A stretch of DNA of 13,524 nt from an uncultured Eubacteriales bacterium (GTDB lineage: Bacteria > Bacillota > Clostridia > UBA1381 > UBA9506), in NCBI GenBank assembly GCA_900545185.1, contig UQYH01000063.1, positions 1-13,524 of the forward strand, in the 5' to 3' direction. Below are positions 1 to 8,152 of the stretch, piece by piece. The position numbers were made by a program, and so were the translations under genes. Position 1 is the stretch's first letter. Every line of letters begins with the position of its first letter. The notes under the pieces were generated by a model. That model was not told where the DNA came from, searched no databases, and was given only the letters and a program-made list of their open reading frames with translations.

Positions 1-129
1 TTCCCAAAGCTGCGCTGAACATTTGTTTATTTTTAGCAGAAAGCAAAGCTGTCCTCTCTTATTTTTATGTAATTTTTCATTCTTTCGCACTATTATAGCC
101 GAATTGTTATGAATTAAACAAGAAAAGCC

Positions 130-158
130 TTGCAATATCAGCCAATATTTGTTATAAT
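130..158 (+). promoter_or_regulatory. Sigma-A type promoter for pyrK operon: -35 TTGCAA (130-135), 17-nt spacer, extended -10 TGtTATAAT (150-158)
   Basis: Near-consensus hexamers with 17-nt spacing and a TG extended -10 motif, read directly from the sequence. The promoter lies inside the N-terminal extension of the 130..981 ORF, so the true start is further downstream. Confidence 0.55.
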
Positions 159-210
159 AACGAAGGAAACTACGCAGAGCACAGCCGTTTTGCGGCAAAG
201 GAGACAGACT

Positions 211-981
211 ATGAGCTATCAGCTGCACAACTGCACAATATGCGAAAAACAAGAAATTGCACCGCATATCGTATCCATGTGGATTCAAAACGGCGTTTTG
301 GCAAACGCCGCCCGTCCCGGACAGTTTTTACATATAGAATGCGGTGACGCAACCGCCATGCCGCTGCGCCGTCCCATCAGCATTTGCGAGGCAAACGGCG
401 ACAGGCTGCGCATTATTTTTGAAGTAAAAGGCAGGGGCACAACCGCACTTGCGCAAAAAGAAGGCACTCTCAGCGTGCTGGGACCTTTGGGGAACGGTTT
501 TTTAGCGGATAACGCCGCGCACTTTTGCCGCCCGGCCATCATCGGCGGCGGAATCGGTGTCTACCCCCTTTTGTTTTTAGCACAAAAATTAAAGGACGCA
601 AATGTATATCTCGGTTTTCGGACGAAAGAGCTTGTAACGCTGGAATCGGAATTTAAAAGCGCCGCAGCCTCTCTTTCACTTTCAACCGATGACGGCACCT
701 ACGGCCGCCACGGTTTCGCATTGGAGGCTTTAGAGGCCGATTTGCCCGAAAAGCAATTTGATATTTTGTATGCCTGCGGCCCCAAGCCCATGCTGCGCGC
801 CGTAAAGGCCTTTGCCGAAGCGCATGCCCTGCCCTGTCGGCTTTCGCTGGAAGAACGGATGGGCTGCGGCATCGGTGCCTGCTTGACCTGTAGCTGCGAA
901 ACGCCCGAAGAGGGGGCGACCAAATATAAACGTGTGTGCCGCAACGGCCCCGTTTTTTGGGCAGAGGAGGTTATTTTATGA
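211..981 (+). CDS. pyrK: Dihydroorotate dehydrogenase electron-transfer subunit PyrK (FAD/NAD-binding, 2Fe-2S)
   Basis: Start ATG at 211 (MSYQLH...) preceded by a GGAG RBS 8 nt upstream. Motifs typical of PyrK are PGQFLH, RRPISI, GPLGNGF, GGGIGV..P, and a C-terminal Cys cluster CGIGACLTCSC...C for the 2Fe-2S centre. It overlaps pyrD by 4 nt (ATGA). Confidence 0.9.
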   Translation: MSYQLHNCTICEKQEIAPHIVSMWIQNGVLANAARPGQFLHIECGDATAMPLRRPISICEANGDRLRIIFEVKGRGTTALAQKEGTLSVLGPLGNGFLADNAAHFCRPAIIGGGIGVYPLLFLAQKLKDANVYLGFRTKELVTLESEFKSAAASLSLSTDDGTYGRHGFALEALEADLPEKQFDILYACGPKPMLRAVKAFAEAHALPCRLSLEERMGCGIGACLTCSCETPEEGATKYKRVCRNGPVFWAEEVIL

Positions 982-1886
982 CGGATATGAGGGTTAACAT
1001 CGCCGGTGTGGAGCTTGAAAACCCGATTATTGCCGCCTCCGGCACATTCGGATTCGGACGCGAATACGGTGAGTTATATGATTTAAGCGAACTGGGCGCT
1101 ATTTCGGTGAAAGGGCTGACCAAAACACCGCGCGCCGGAAATCCGCCGACAAGAATTACGGAAACGCCGAGCGGTATTTTAAACAGCGTTGGCCTGCAAA
1201 ATCCCGGTGTGGATGCCTTTATACAAAACGAAATTCCCTTTTTGCGGCAATATCGCTGTAAAATTATTGCCAACATGGCCGGCAGCACCTTTGCCGATTA
1301 TTGCGAGATGGCCGAAAAGCTTTCGGATGCCGATGTGGATATGCTGGAGATGAACATATCCTGTCCCAATGTGAAAGCCGGCGGTGCAGCCTTTGGTACA
1401 AACCCGGATACGGTGCTGAAAATCACATCTGCCGTCCGTCGGTACGCCAAACGGCCTTTAATTGTGAAGCTATCGCCGAACGTGGCCGATATTACCGAAA
1501 CAGCCAAAGCGGCCGAGGCCGGCGGTGCCGATGCGCTTTCCTTAATTAACACATTAACGGGTATGGCCATTGATGCCAAAACACGGCGGCCGATACTGGC
1601 TAACATCATCGGCGGTCTTTCCGGCCCATGCGTAAAGCCCGTGGCGCTGCGCATGGTATATCAGGTTTATAACGCCGTAAATCTCCCGATCATCGGTATG
1701 GGCGGCATTGCAAGCGGTACCGATGCAGCCGAATTTTTGCTGGCCGGCAGCACGGCCGTATCCATCGGCACAGCTAACTTTACCAATCCATATGCCTGCC
1801 TTACGATCCGCGATGAGCTGCAGGCGTATATGAAATCGCAGGGCGTTCATACTATACATGAATTAACCGGCGGTTTACAAATATAA
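978..1886 (+). CDS. pyrD: Dihydroorotate dehydrogenase catalytic subunit, class 1B (PyrD)
   Basis: Start ATG at 978 (MTDMRVNIAGVELENPIIAASGTFGFG...) with a GAGGAGG RBS. The N-terminus matches class 1 DHODH (NPI..ASG.FGFG), as do the SCPN active-site region and GGI.SG.DA.EF.LAG. The translational overlap with pyrK is typical of pyrK-pyrD pairs. Confidence 0.92.
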   Translation: MTDMRVNIAGVELENPIIAASGTFGFGREYGELYDLSELGAISVKGLTKTPRAGNPPTRITETPSGILNSVGLQNPGVDAFIQNEIPFLRQYRCKIIANMAGSTFADYCEMAEKLSDADVDMLEMNISCPNVKAGGAAFGTNPDTVLKITSAVRRYAKRPLIVKLSPNVADITETAKAAEAGGADALSLINTLTGMAIDAKTRRPILANIIGGLSGPCVKPVALRMVYQVYNAVNLPIIGMGGIASGTDAAEFLLAGSTAVSIGTANFTNPYACLTIRDELQAYMKSQGVHTIHELTGGLQI

Positions 1887-1920
1887 TTTAGTTATACAGA
1901 TATAAGGTAGGAGGATACAC

Positions 1921-3267
1921 ATGAAAGAACTTACACTGGATTACAGCAAGGCCTTCAATATATCGGCCGACGAACTGGCAAACATGGCCGGTCAGGTGAA
2001 GGACGCACACGAAAAACTGACGAACAAAACCGGCGCAGGCAACGACTTTTTGGGTTGGGTCAATCTGCCGAACGAATATGATAAGGCCGAATATGCACGC
2101 ATTAAGGCGGCTGCCGAAAAAATTCAAAAAACAGCCGATGTATTAATCGTAATCGGCATCGGCGGCTCTTATTTGGGCGCCAAGGCTGCCATTGATTTAT
2201 TTACAAACAGCTTTTACAACATGCAGGACACAGCCGACCGTAAAACGCCGCAGATTTTCTTTGCAGGCAATTCCATCAGCTCGACTTATTTATCCGATTT
2301 ATATAATCTGGTGAAGGATAAAGATATTTGCTTAAACGTCATTTCCAAATCAGGCACAACAACAGAGCCTGCCATTGCCTTCCGCGTATTTAAGGAGCTT
2401 GTAGAACAAAAGTACGGCAAAGAAGGCGCAAAGGATCGCATTTTTGTCACCACGGACAAGGCACGCGGCGCACTTAAAAAGCTGTCCGACCAGGAAGGCT
2501 ACGAAACCTTTGTCATTGCGGATGACATCGGCGGCCGCTACTCTGTTTTAAGCGCTGTCGGCCTTTTGCCGATTGCCGTCTGCGGTGCCGATTTGGACGA
2601 GATTATGCGCGGCGCACAGGATGCATACAAAACCTACGCCAAGGATGAGCTTGCCGAAAATGTATGCTATCAATATGCCGCTCTGCGTAACATTTTGTAC
2701 CGCAAGGGCAAGACCATTGAAATTATGGTCAACTACGAACCTCGTCTGCACTACTTTGCCGAGTGGTGGAAACAGCTTTACGGCGAAAGCGAAGGCAAGG
2801 ATCAGCGCGGCATTTTCCCGGCAGCGGTCGATTTTTCAACCGACCTGCACTCCATGGGTCAATATATTCAAGACGGTTTGCGCAATATTTTTGAAACCGT
2901 TCTGCACGTTGGCACCCCCACGGCAGATGTGACGATTCAGGAGGATGCCGATAATGTGGACGGCCTGAACTTCTTGGCCGGCAAAACCGTATCTCATGTA
3001 AACGAAATGGCATTTTTAGGCACGGTTTTGGCGCACAATGACGGCGGCGTACCGAACCTGATTTTAAACATTCCCGAACTGAATGAATACTACTTCGGCC
3101 AGCTGGTATACTTTTTTGAAAAGGCCTGCGGCATCAGCGGTTATTTACTGGCCGTAAATCCGTTTAACCAGCCGGGCGTCGAAGCTTACAAAAAGAATAT
3201 GTTTGCGCTGTTGGGCAAGCCCGGTTATGAAGACGAAAAGGCTGCTCTTTTGGCGCGGCTGCAATAA
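1921..3267 (+). CDS. pgi: Glucose-6-phosphate isomerase (short, Firmicutes-type Pgi)
   Basis: 448 aa with an AGGAGG RBS. Strong conservation with known Firmicutes Pgi: [56 protein letters not shown]. The gap from pyrD is 34 nt with no terminator. Confidence 0.93.
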   Translation: MKELTLDYSKAFNISADELANMAGQVKDAHEKLTNKTGAGNDFLGWVNLPNEYDKAEYARIKAAAEKIQKTADVLIVIGIGGSYLGAKAAIDLFTNSFYNMQDTADRKTPQIFFAGNSISSTYLSDLYNLVKDKDICLNVISKSGTTTEPAIAFRVFKELVEQKYGKEGAKDRIFVTTDKARGALKKLSDQEGYETFVIADDIGGRYSVLSAVGLLPIAVCGADLDEIMRGAQDAYKTYAKDELAENVCYQYAALRNILYRKGKTIEIMVNYEPRLHYFAEWWKQLYGESEGKDQRGIFPAAVDFSTDLHSMGQYIQDGLRNIFETVLHVGTPTADVTIQEDADNVDGLNFLAGKTVSHVNEMAFLGTVLAHNDGGVPNLILNIPELNEYYFGQLVYFFEKACGISGYLLAVNPFNQPGVEAYKKNMFALLGKPGYEDEKAALLARLQ

Positions 3268-3282
3268 TGTAGGAGGCTTTTC

Positions 3283-4785
3283 ATGGATTACGCAAGTACA
3301 AGGAACAAAAACCTGGCTGTCAGCTCTGCCTTTGCCATTAAAACAGGCTTAGCGCCCGATGGCGGTTTGTTCATTCCCAAGGAAATTCCGCATGTATCGC
3401 AGGACGATATTATGGCGCTGACACAGATGACCTATCCCGAACGCGCCGCTTCTATTTTGGAAAAGTTTTTAACTGATTTTACCAAGGCAGAGGTTGAGGA
3501 CTGCACTTACAGCGCTTATACCAAAGAAAAATTTGAAACCGATGAAATCGCACCGCTTTACAAGCTGACGGACGACATCTATTTTTTAGAACTGTGGCAT
3601 GGCCCTACCTGCGCATTTAAAGATCTGGCTCTGCAAATTTTGCCGCATCTTTTACGCAAATCTGTCACCAAAACAGGCGAAACAAAAGAAATTGTCATTT
3701 TGGTTGCCACCTCCGGCGATACCGGCAAGGCCGCCCTGGAAGGCTTTAAAGATGTTGAAGGCACACGCATTATCGTTTTTTATCCCGATAAGGGCGTATC
3801 AAGCATGCAAAAACGCCAAATGGTTACACAGGACGGTAACAACGTAGATGTCGCTGCCGTAATCGGTAACTTTGACGATGCGCAAAGCGGCGTTAAGCAA
3901 ATTTTCGGTGATGCTGATTATGCAGACGTACTGGAGCGGAACAATTTCATGCTGTCCAGCGCCAATTCCATTAACTGGGGACGGTTGGTACCGCAGATTG
4001 TGTACTACTTCTCTGCTTACTGCAACTTAGTTAAAAATGACGAAATTACAATCGGTGATCCGGTTAATTTCGTTGTGCCGACCGGTAATTTCGGTAACAT
4101 TTTAGCTGCATATTATGCAAAAGAAATGGGACTGCCCATTCATAAGCTGATTTGCGCTTCTAACGAAAATAATGTACTGACCGATTTCATCAGAACCGGC
4201 GTGTATGATAAAAACAGACCGTTTAAAACCACCTCTTCCCCCTCGATGGATATTTTAATTTCGAGTAATTTGGAGCGGTTTTTATATCAGGCAACCGGCT
4301 GTGATGATATGCGTGTGGCAGGCTGGATGCGTGAGCTGGCCGAAACCGGACGCTATGAGGTGCCGGATGTTACCAAGGCCAAAATTAAAGAGATTTTTTA
4401 CGGCGGATTTTGCGATGATGCCGCAACCCTTGACGAAATCGGTAAAACAAATCGCGAAAACGGCTATGTAATGGATACGCACACGGCTGTTGCCAAGTGT
4501 GTGTATGAGCAATATCGGGCAGAGACAGGCGACGAAACCAAAACGGTTATCGTTTCCACCGCAAGTCCGTTTAAGTTTTGCGATAAGGTGCTGACCGCCA
4601 TTTGCGGAGCCGATGCCGCCGCAGGACTTGATGATTTTGCACTGCTCGAAACCTTGGCCGAAAAAGCAGAGCTGACGATTCCTGCCTCTCTGGCATCCTT
4701 AAAGACAAAGCCCATCATCTTTACCACAACCTGTGATAAAGATGAAATGTATGATGTTGTCAGCCATATGCTGAATTTATCGTAA
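3283..4785 (+). CDS. thrC: Threonine synthase, long (E. coli-type) form, PLP-dependent
   Basis: 500 aa, with an AGGAGG RBS 15 nt after the pgi stop. Motifs present are LWHGPTCAFKD (PLP lysine), ATSGDTG, SANSINWGR, the VPTGNFGN loop, and a C-terminal TAH/PxKF region. Confidence 0.88.
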   Translation: MDYASTRNKNLAVSSAFAIKTGLAPDGGLFIPKEIPHVSQDDIMALTQMTYPERAASILEKFLTDFTKAEVEDCTYSAYTKEKFETDEIAPLYKLTDDIYFLELWHGPTCAFKDLALQILPHLLRKSVTKTGETKEIVILVATSGDTGKAALEGFKDVEGTRIIVFYPDKGVSSMQKRQMVTQDGNNVDVAAVIGNFDDAQSGVKQIFGDADYADVLERNNFMLSSANSINWGRLVPQIVYYFSAYCNLVKNDEITIGDPVNFVVPTGNFGNILAAYYAKEMGLPIHKLICASNENNVLTDFIRTGVYDKNRPFKTTSSPSMDILISSNLERFLYQATGCDDMRVAGWMRELAETGRYEVPDVTKAKIKEIFYGGFCDDAATLDEIGKTNRENGYVMDTHTAVAKCVYEQYRAETGDETKTVIVSTASPFKFCDKVLTAICGADAAAGLDDFALLETLAEKAELTIPASLASLKTKPIIFTTTCDKDEMYDVVSHMLNLS

Positions 4786-4797
4786 CAGGAGGCCATT

Positions 4798-5775
4798 ATG
4801 GGAAAAAGCTGGATTTGTGCCACCATTTACACCACATCTGAAGGGATTGAACCTGTCAGCGGCTGTTTGTATCAGCTTGGCATTAACGGTCTTGAAATTG
4901 AGGACGAGACAGATTTTAAGACTTTTTTGGAAGAAAACCGCTCCGCATGGGACTATGTGGATGAAGAACTGCTGCAGCAAAAAGCCTGTGAAACAAATAT
5001 CAAGATTTATGTCACAAACGACAGTGCCGGCCGCGAAACCTTAGGGGAGGTTGAGCGCAGCATGCGCAGACTTGCGACAAGCGATACCGAAGGCGCTTTC
5101 GGCAGTTTGCGGCTGGCTCTCTCCGATATGGATGAAGAAGACTGGGCCAACAACTGGAAGCAGTATTTTAAGCCTCTTTCCGTTGGTCAAAACATTTTAA
5201 TTTTACCGGAATGGGAAACACAGCCTGCCGGTACGGAGGATCGAACGGTTTTCGTCATCAATCCGGGCATGAGCTTTGGTACAGGCTCGCATCATACCAC
5301 ACGTCTTTGCTTAGAGCGGCTGGAGCAATACATAAAGCCCGGCATGGAAGTACTGGATTTAGGCTGCGGCAGCGGTATTCTTTCTTCTGTTGCGCTTCTG
5401 CTCGGCGCTGCTTCTGCCACTGCAGTGGATATTGACCCCAACGCCGCGCATATTGCGCGCGAAAATGCACAACGTAACGGCATTCCCGATGATCGTTACC
5501 GTATTTTTGCGGGCAATGTGCTGGAGGATGAAGCTTTAATCCGCACCATTGCAGACAGGCAATATGACTTGATTTTAGCAAACATTGTGGCCGATGTTAT
5601 CATTGCCTTGGCTCCAACTGTTCCGCCCTTATTAAAGGACGGCGGCACATATATCACCTCCGGCATCATCACCGAACGCGGCGATGAAGTGCTTGCTGCC
5701 TATGCCAAAACACCGTTAACCTTGCAGCACACCGCGCAAAGCGGCGATTGGCTGGCGTTTGATTACCAAAAATAA
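4798..5775 (+). CDS. prmA: Ribosomal protein L11 methyltransferase PrmA
   Basis: 325 aa. Motifs present are the PrmA-specific INPGMSFGTGSHHTT and the SAM-binding VLDLGCGSGILS. A CAGGAGG RBS lies 12 nt after the thrC stop. Confidence 0.88.
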   Translation: MGKSWICATIYTTSEGIEPVSGCLYQLGINGLEIEDETDFKTFLEENRSAWDYVDEELLQQKACETNIKIYVTNDSAGRETLGEVERSMRRLATSDTEGAFGSLRLALSDMDEEDWANNWKQYFKPLSVGQNILILPEWETQPAGTEDRTVFVINPGMSFGTGSHHTTRLCLERLEQYIKPGMEVLDLGCGSGILSSVALLLGAASATAVDIDPNAAHIARENAQRNGIPDDRYRIFAGNVLEDEALIRTIADRQYDLILANIVADVIIALAPTVPPLLKDGGTYITSGIITERGDEVLAAYAKTPLTLQHTAQSGDWLAFDYQK

Positions 5776-5861
5776 AATGTGATGTATGCTAAAGCATACT
5801 TTAAACGATTGTATTGAGTGATTTATACAATACAAAATTGATAAATAATCTAATAAAACTC

Positions 5862-5890
5862 TTGCAATTGTGCATGAAATTTGATATAAT
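5862..5890 (+). promoter_or_regulatory. Sigma-A type promoter in front of tRNA-Val: -35 TTGCAA (5862-5867), 17-nt spacer, extended -10 TGaTATAAT (5882-5890)
   Basis: Near-consensus hexamers, read directly. The predicted TSS falls about 20 nt upstream of the tRNA 5' end. Confidence 0.55.
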
Positions 5891-5918
5891 AATACATGCT
5901 GAGCATTAGCTCAGCCAA

Positions 5919-5995
5919 GAGGGTATAGCTCAGTTGGTCAGAGCGCTTGCTTGACATGCAAGAGGTCGATGGTTCAAGTCCATTTATCCTCACCA
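5919..5995 (+). tRNA. tRNA-Val, anticodon GAC, 77 nt with encoded CCA
   Basis: Folded by hand into a full cloverleaf. The acceptor stem pairs GAGGGTA with TATCCTC, including one G:U pair. The U8-A9 dinucleotide is present. The D-stem pairs GCTC with GAGC. The anticodon stem pairs CTTGC with GCAAG, with loop TTGACAT. The T-arm is GATGG-TTCAAGT-CCATT, followed by discriminator A and CCA. Confidence 0.8.
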
Positions 5996-6002
5996 TATGC
6001 CC

Positions 6003-6035
6003 TGTAGGCCGCTCATAGAGCGGCCTACATTTTTA
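6003..6035 (+). terminator. Rho-independent terminator after tRNA-Val
   Basis: A perfect 11-bp GC-rich stem GTAGGCCGCTC/GAGCGGCCTAC at 6004-6028 with a 3-nt loop, followed by TTTTT. Confidence 0.8.
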
Positions 6036-6054
6036 TGCAAAAAGATATTTTATG

Positions 6055-6088
6055 AAAAAGTGCCGGAAAGCTTCTGCTTTCCGGCACT
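6055..6088 (-). terminator. Rho-independent terminator for the minus-strand flotillin operon (downstream of the HAD hydrolase gene)
   Basis: A perfect 12-bp stem GTGCCGGAAAGC/GCTTTCCGGCAC at 6060-6087 with a 4-nt loop. On the minus-strand transcript it is followed by UUUUU, which is AAAAA at 6055-6059 on the plus strand. Confidence 0.75.
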
Positions 6089-6134
6089 TCAATTATTATG
6101 ATGCACAAGATCCGTCCATCGTTTTGCACGCCGA

Positions 6135-6701
6135 TTATCCCTGCGGCCATGGCGCACATTTCCCTTTTGTGACCAAATAGGCTTTTTCTGCCAAGCTTGC
6201 CATGGGCGAATCCGAGAGAGAATCGGAGTAAAAACGTTCCACCCGTCCTTGCGGATACAGTGCACGAAAACGCTTCACTTTTTCGGGGCCGTGACAATTT
6301 GCGCCCGTGTACTCCCCTGTCACCCGGTTGACCTCTGATGCAATAAGGCTTGAAATACCCAGCATGCGGCAAGCCGGCTGCAAAAAAAAGGTTGGCGAAG
6401 CTGAAATGATCACATCCTCCGGTTGTTGCTGTGCCAAGTAATACGGCTCTATTTTATGAAGATGCGCCGCCCAAAACACTTCCAATTCCTGCTCCATATC
6501 GGGAATATCCCTAAAATAACGGTAAAAAACCTCTTTCATTTGTGTTTTGCTGATTGTATGCAGCAGGTAATGACGCACAAAAGCGACTGCTTGTGCCGGA
6601 AGGCGGCACAAGATTTTTTTGTGCCGCCTAAGGCAAAACCAATAAAAATCACAGCTGCTGTCATCCCGATAGATTGTTTTATCAAAGTCATACACATTCA
6701 T
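6135..6701 (-). CDS. HAD-superfamily hydrolase, probably subfamily IB (phosphatase-like)
   Basis: 188 aa. HAD motif I (DxDxT) appears at the N-terminus as MNVYDFDKT, and acidic motifs typical of HAD phosphatases lie further in. The RBS is AAGGA-like. The start lies 20 nt after the flotillin stop on the same strand. Confidence 0.65.
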   Translation of the reverse strand: MNVYDFDKTIYRDDSSCDFYWFCLRRHKKILCRLPAQAVAFVRHYLLHTISKTQMKEVFYRYFRDIPDMEQELEVFWAAHLHKIEPYYLAQQQPEDVIISASPTFFLQPACRMLGISSLIASEVNRVTGEYTGANCHGPEKVKRFRALYPQGRVERFYSDSLSDSPMASLAEKAYLVTKGKCAPWPQG

Positions 6702-6720
6702 AGCTGTTTTCCTTCATCGG

Positions 6721-8124
6721 TTATTCTGCTGCTTGCTCGTCTGCCGCGACGGTTATGTCCTCTTCCGCTTCGGCCTTTTGCTTGCCCAGCAGTTCCGGCA
6801 ATTCCATCCCGGCCATGTTAAACACCTCGTTCATCGGTGGAATGGCCTGCATCATAGAGGACAAAAAGTTAGCCGTTGTCGAGCCTTTTTCGCCGCCGTT
6901 CATGCTGTCCCAAACCGTAACCTTATCAATTTTAAGGTTAGAAATGGCCTCAACCTGAATTTTAACAAGCTCTTCCAGCTTATCGGCAATCATCAGCTTC
7001 ATGGCCTTATCGGCATCACCGCCTGCGGCCTTAACCACCTCGGCCAAACCGGCTGCCTGTCGAGTTAAAATCTCCTGCATACCACGTGCCTGTGCTTCCA
7101 TTTTGGCATAAATGCTGTCAGCTTCACCGCGTGCCAAACGGCGTGTTTTTTCCGCTTCTGCTTCGGCATCAATTTCCCGTTGCTGCTTTTCAATTTCCGC
7201 TTTAACCAAAACATCGGCTTTTAAGGTAGACTGCTCTTTTTCCGCACGTGCATCTTCTGCTGCCTTTTCGGCCGCATAGGCATCCTCAAGCGCTTTCGCT
7301 GCCTGAATTTTTTCAGCCGCAACCGCTACGCGCAGCGCCTCTGCTTCACGTTCACGGCGTGCCGCATCCGATGCGGCAATTTGCGCTTTGGCTTCGTTTT
7401 CACCTTTAACGGCCTCCGAATCGGCCAAAGATACTTGAATACGCTCATCACGTCCGGCCTCGGCCTCACCGATAGAACCTTCACGGTTTGCATTTGCAAC
7501 CGAAATTTTCGCATCGTTAATGGCTTTTGCAGCCGCTTCTTTACCAAGCGCTTCGATGTAGCCGGATTCATCATTAATATCCGTCACGTTTACGTTAATC
7601 AACCGTAAACCAATTTTTTTCAGTTCTGTTTCCACATTGTCTGAAACCGCCTCCAAAAACTTATCGCGGTTGGTGTTAATTTCTTCGATATCCATTGTGG
7701 CGATAACCAAACGTAGCTGGCCGAAAATGATATCCTTTGCCAGTTCCTGAATTTCTGTCAGCTTTAAGCCCAAAAGGCGTTCTGCCGCATTTTGCATAAC
7801 ACCAGGCTCGGTTGAAATGCCAACCGTAAACCGCGAAGGCACATCAATACGGATGTTTTGCCGCGACAGAGCGTTTGTTAAATCCACACTGATGGAAATC
7901 GGCGTTAAATCCAAATACTCAAACGACTGAATCACCGGCCAAATCAAGGCCGCACCGCCGTGAATACACTTGGCGCTGCGTGATGTTCCGTCACTGTTAG
8001 AACCGACATTACCGTAAATGACCATAATTTTATCGGAAGGACACCGATGGTAGCGCGATAAAATTAACATAAATGCCGAAAACAAAATAACAACAATGAC
8101 ACATACTAAAATTAAAATCTCCAT
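6721..8124 (-). CDS. Flotillin-family SPFH/band-7 membrane protein (YqiK/FloT-like)
   Basis: I chose ATG 8124 (MEILILV...) as the start because it has a GAGGAGG RBS 9 nt upstream. The longer ORF reaching 8238 would overlap the nfeD stop. The protein has an N-terminal TM helix and an SPFH domain resembling E. coli YqiK. A long Ala/Glu/Lys-rich coiled-coil region (AEKAAEDARAEKE..., EAEAEK) is typical of bacterial flotillins. Confidence 0.85.
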   Translation of the reverse strand: MEILILVCVIVVILFSAFMLILSRYHRCPSDKIMVIYGNVGSNSDGTSRSAKCIHGGAALIWPVIQSFEYLDLTPISISVDLTNALSRQNIRIDVPSRFTVGISTEPGVMQNAAERLLGLKLTEIQELAKDIIFGQLRLVIATMDIEEINTNRDKFLEAVSDNVETELKKIGLRLINVNVTDINDESGYIEALGKEAAAKAINDAKISVANANREGSIGEAEAGRDERIQVSLADSEAVKGENEAKAQIAASDAARREREAEALRVAVAAEKIQAAKALEDAYAAEKAAEDARAEKEQSTLKADVLVKAEIEKQQREIDAEAEAEKTRRLARGEADSIYAKMEAQARGMQEILTRQAAGLAEVVKAAGGDADKAMKLMIADKLEELVKIQVEAISNLKIDKVTVWDSMNGGEKGSTTANFLSSMMQAIPPMNEVFNMAGMELPELLGKQKAEAEEDITVAADEQAAE

Positions 8125-8152
8125 ACCGTAAAATTCCTCCTCTTTTTTGAGT

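Noticed and set aside
130-210. N-terminal extension of the pyrK ORF (MQYQPIFVIITKETTQSTAVLRQRRQT...)
   Set aside because: The extension contains the -35/-10 promoter elements and lacks an RBS. MSYQLH at 211 has a GGAG RBS and aligns with PyrK N-termini.
159-210. Possible PyrR attenuator or riboswitch in the pyrK leader
   Set aside because: The leader is only about 45 nt. It has no terminator/antiterminator hairpins and no PyrR binding-loop-like sequence (UCCAGAGAGGCU-type).
285-5581. Numerous 60-120 aa antisense or alternate-frame ORFs inside pyrK, pyrD, pgi, thrC and prmA (for example 285..542, 971..1288, 1298..1654, 2729..3013, 4464..4826, 5258..5581)
   Set aside because: They are embedded in strongly supported conserved genes, have no RBS, and show low-complexity composition. 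They are the ordinary frame-shadow ORFs of a 50% GC genome.
5919-5995. tRNA gene as a possible genomic-island integration site (attB) or mobile-element boundary
   Set aside because: No integrase, no direct repeat of the tRNA 3' end, and no phage or transposon genes are visible anywhere in the window. Both flanks are conserved housekeeping genes plus terminators.
6025-6821. ORFs 6025..6372 (-), 6423..6821 (+), 6733..7068 (+) and 6755..6958 (+)
   Set aside because: They overlap the well-supported HAD and flotillin genes in other frames or strands, or they span the two terminator hairpins. No RBS and no family resemblance. Spurious.
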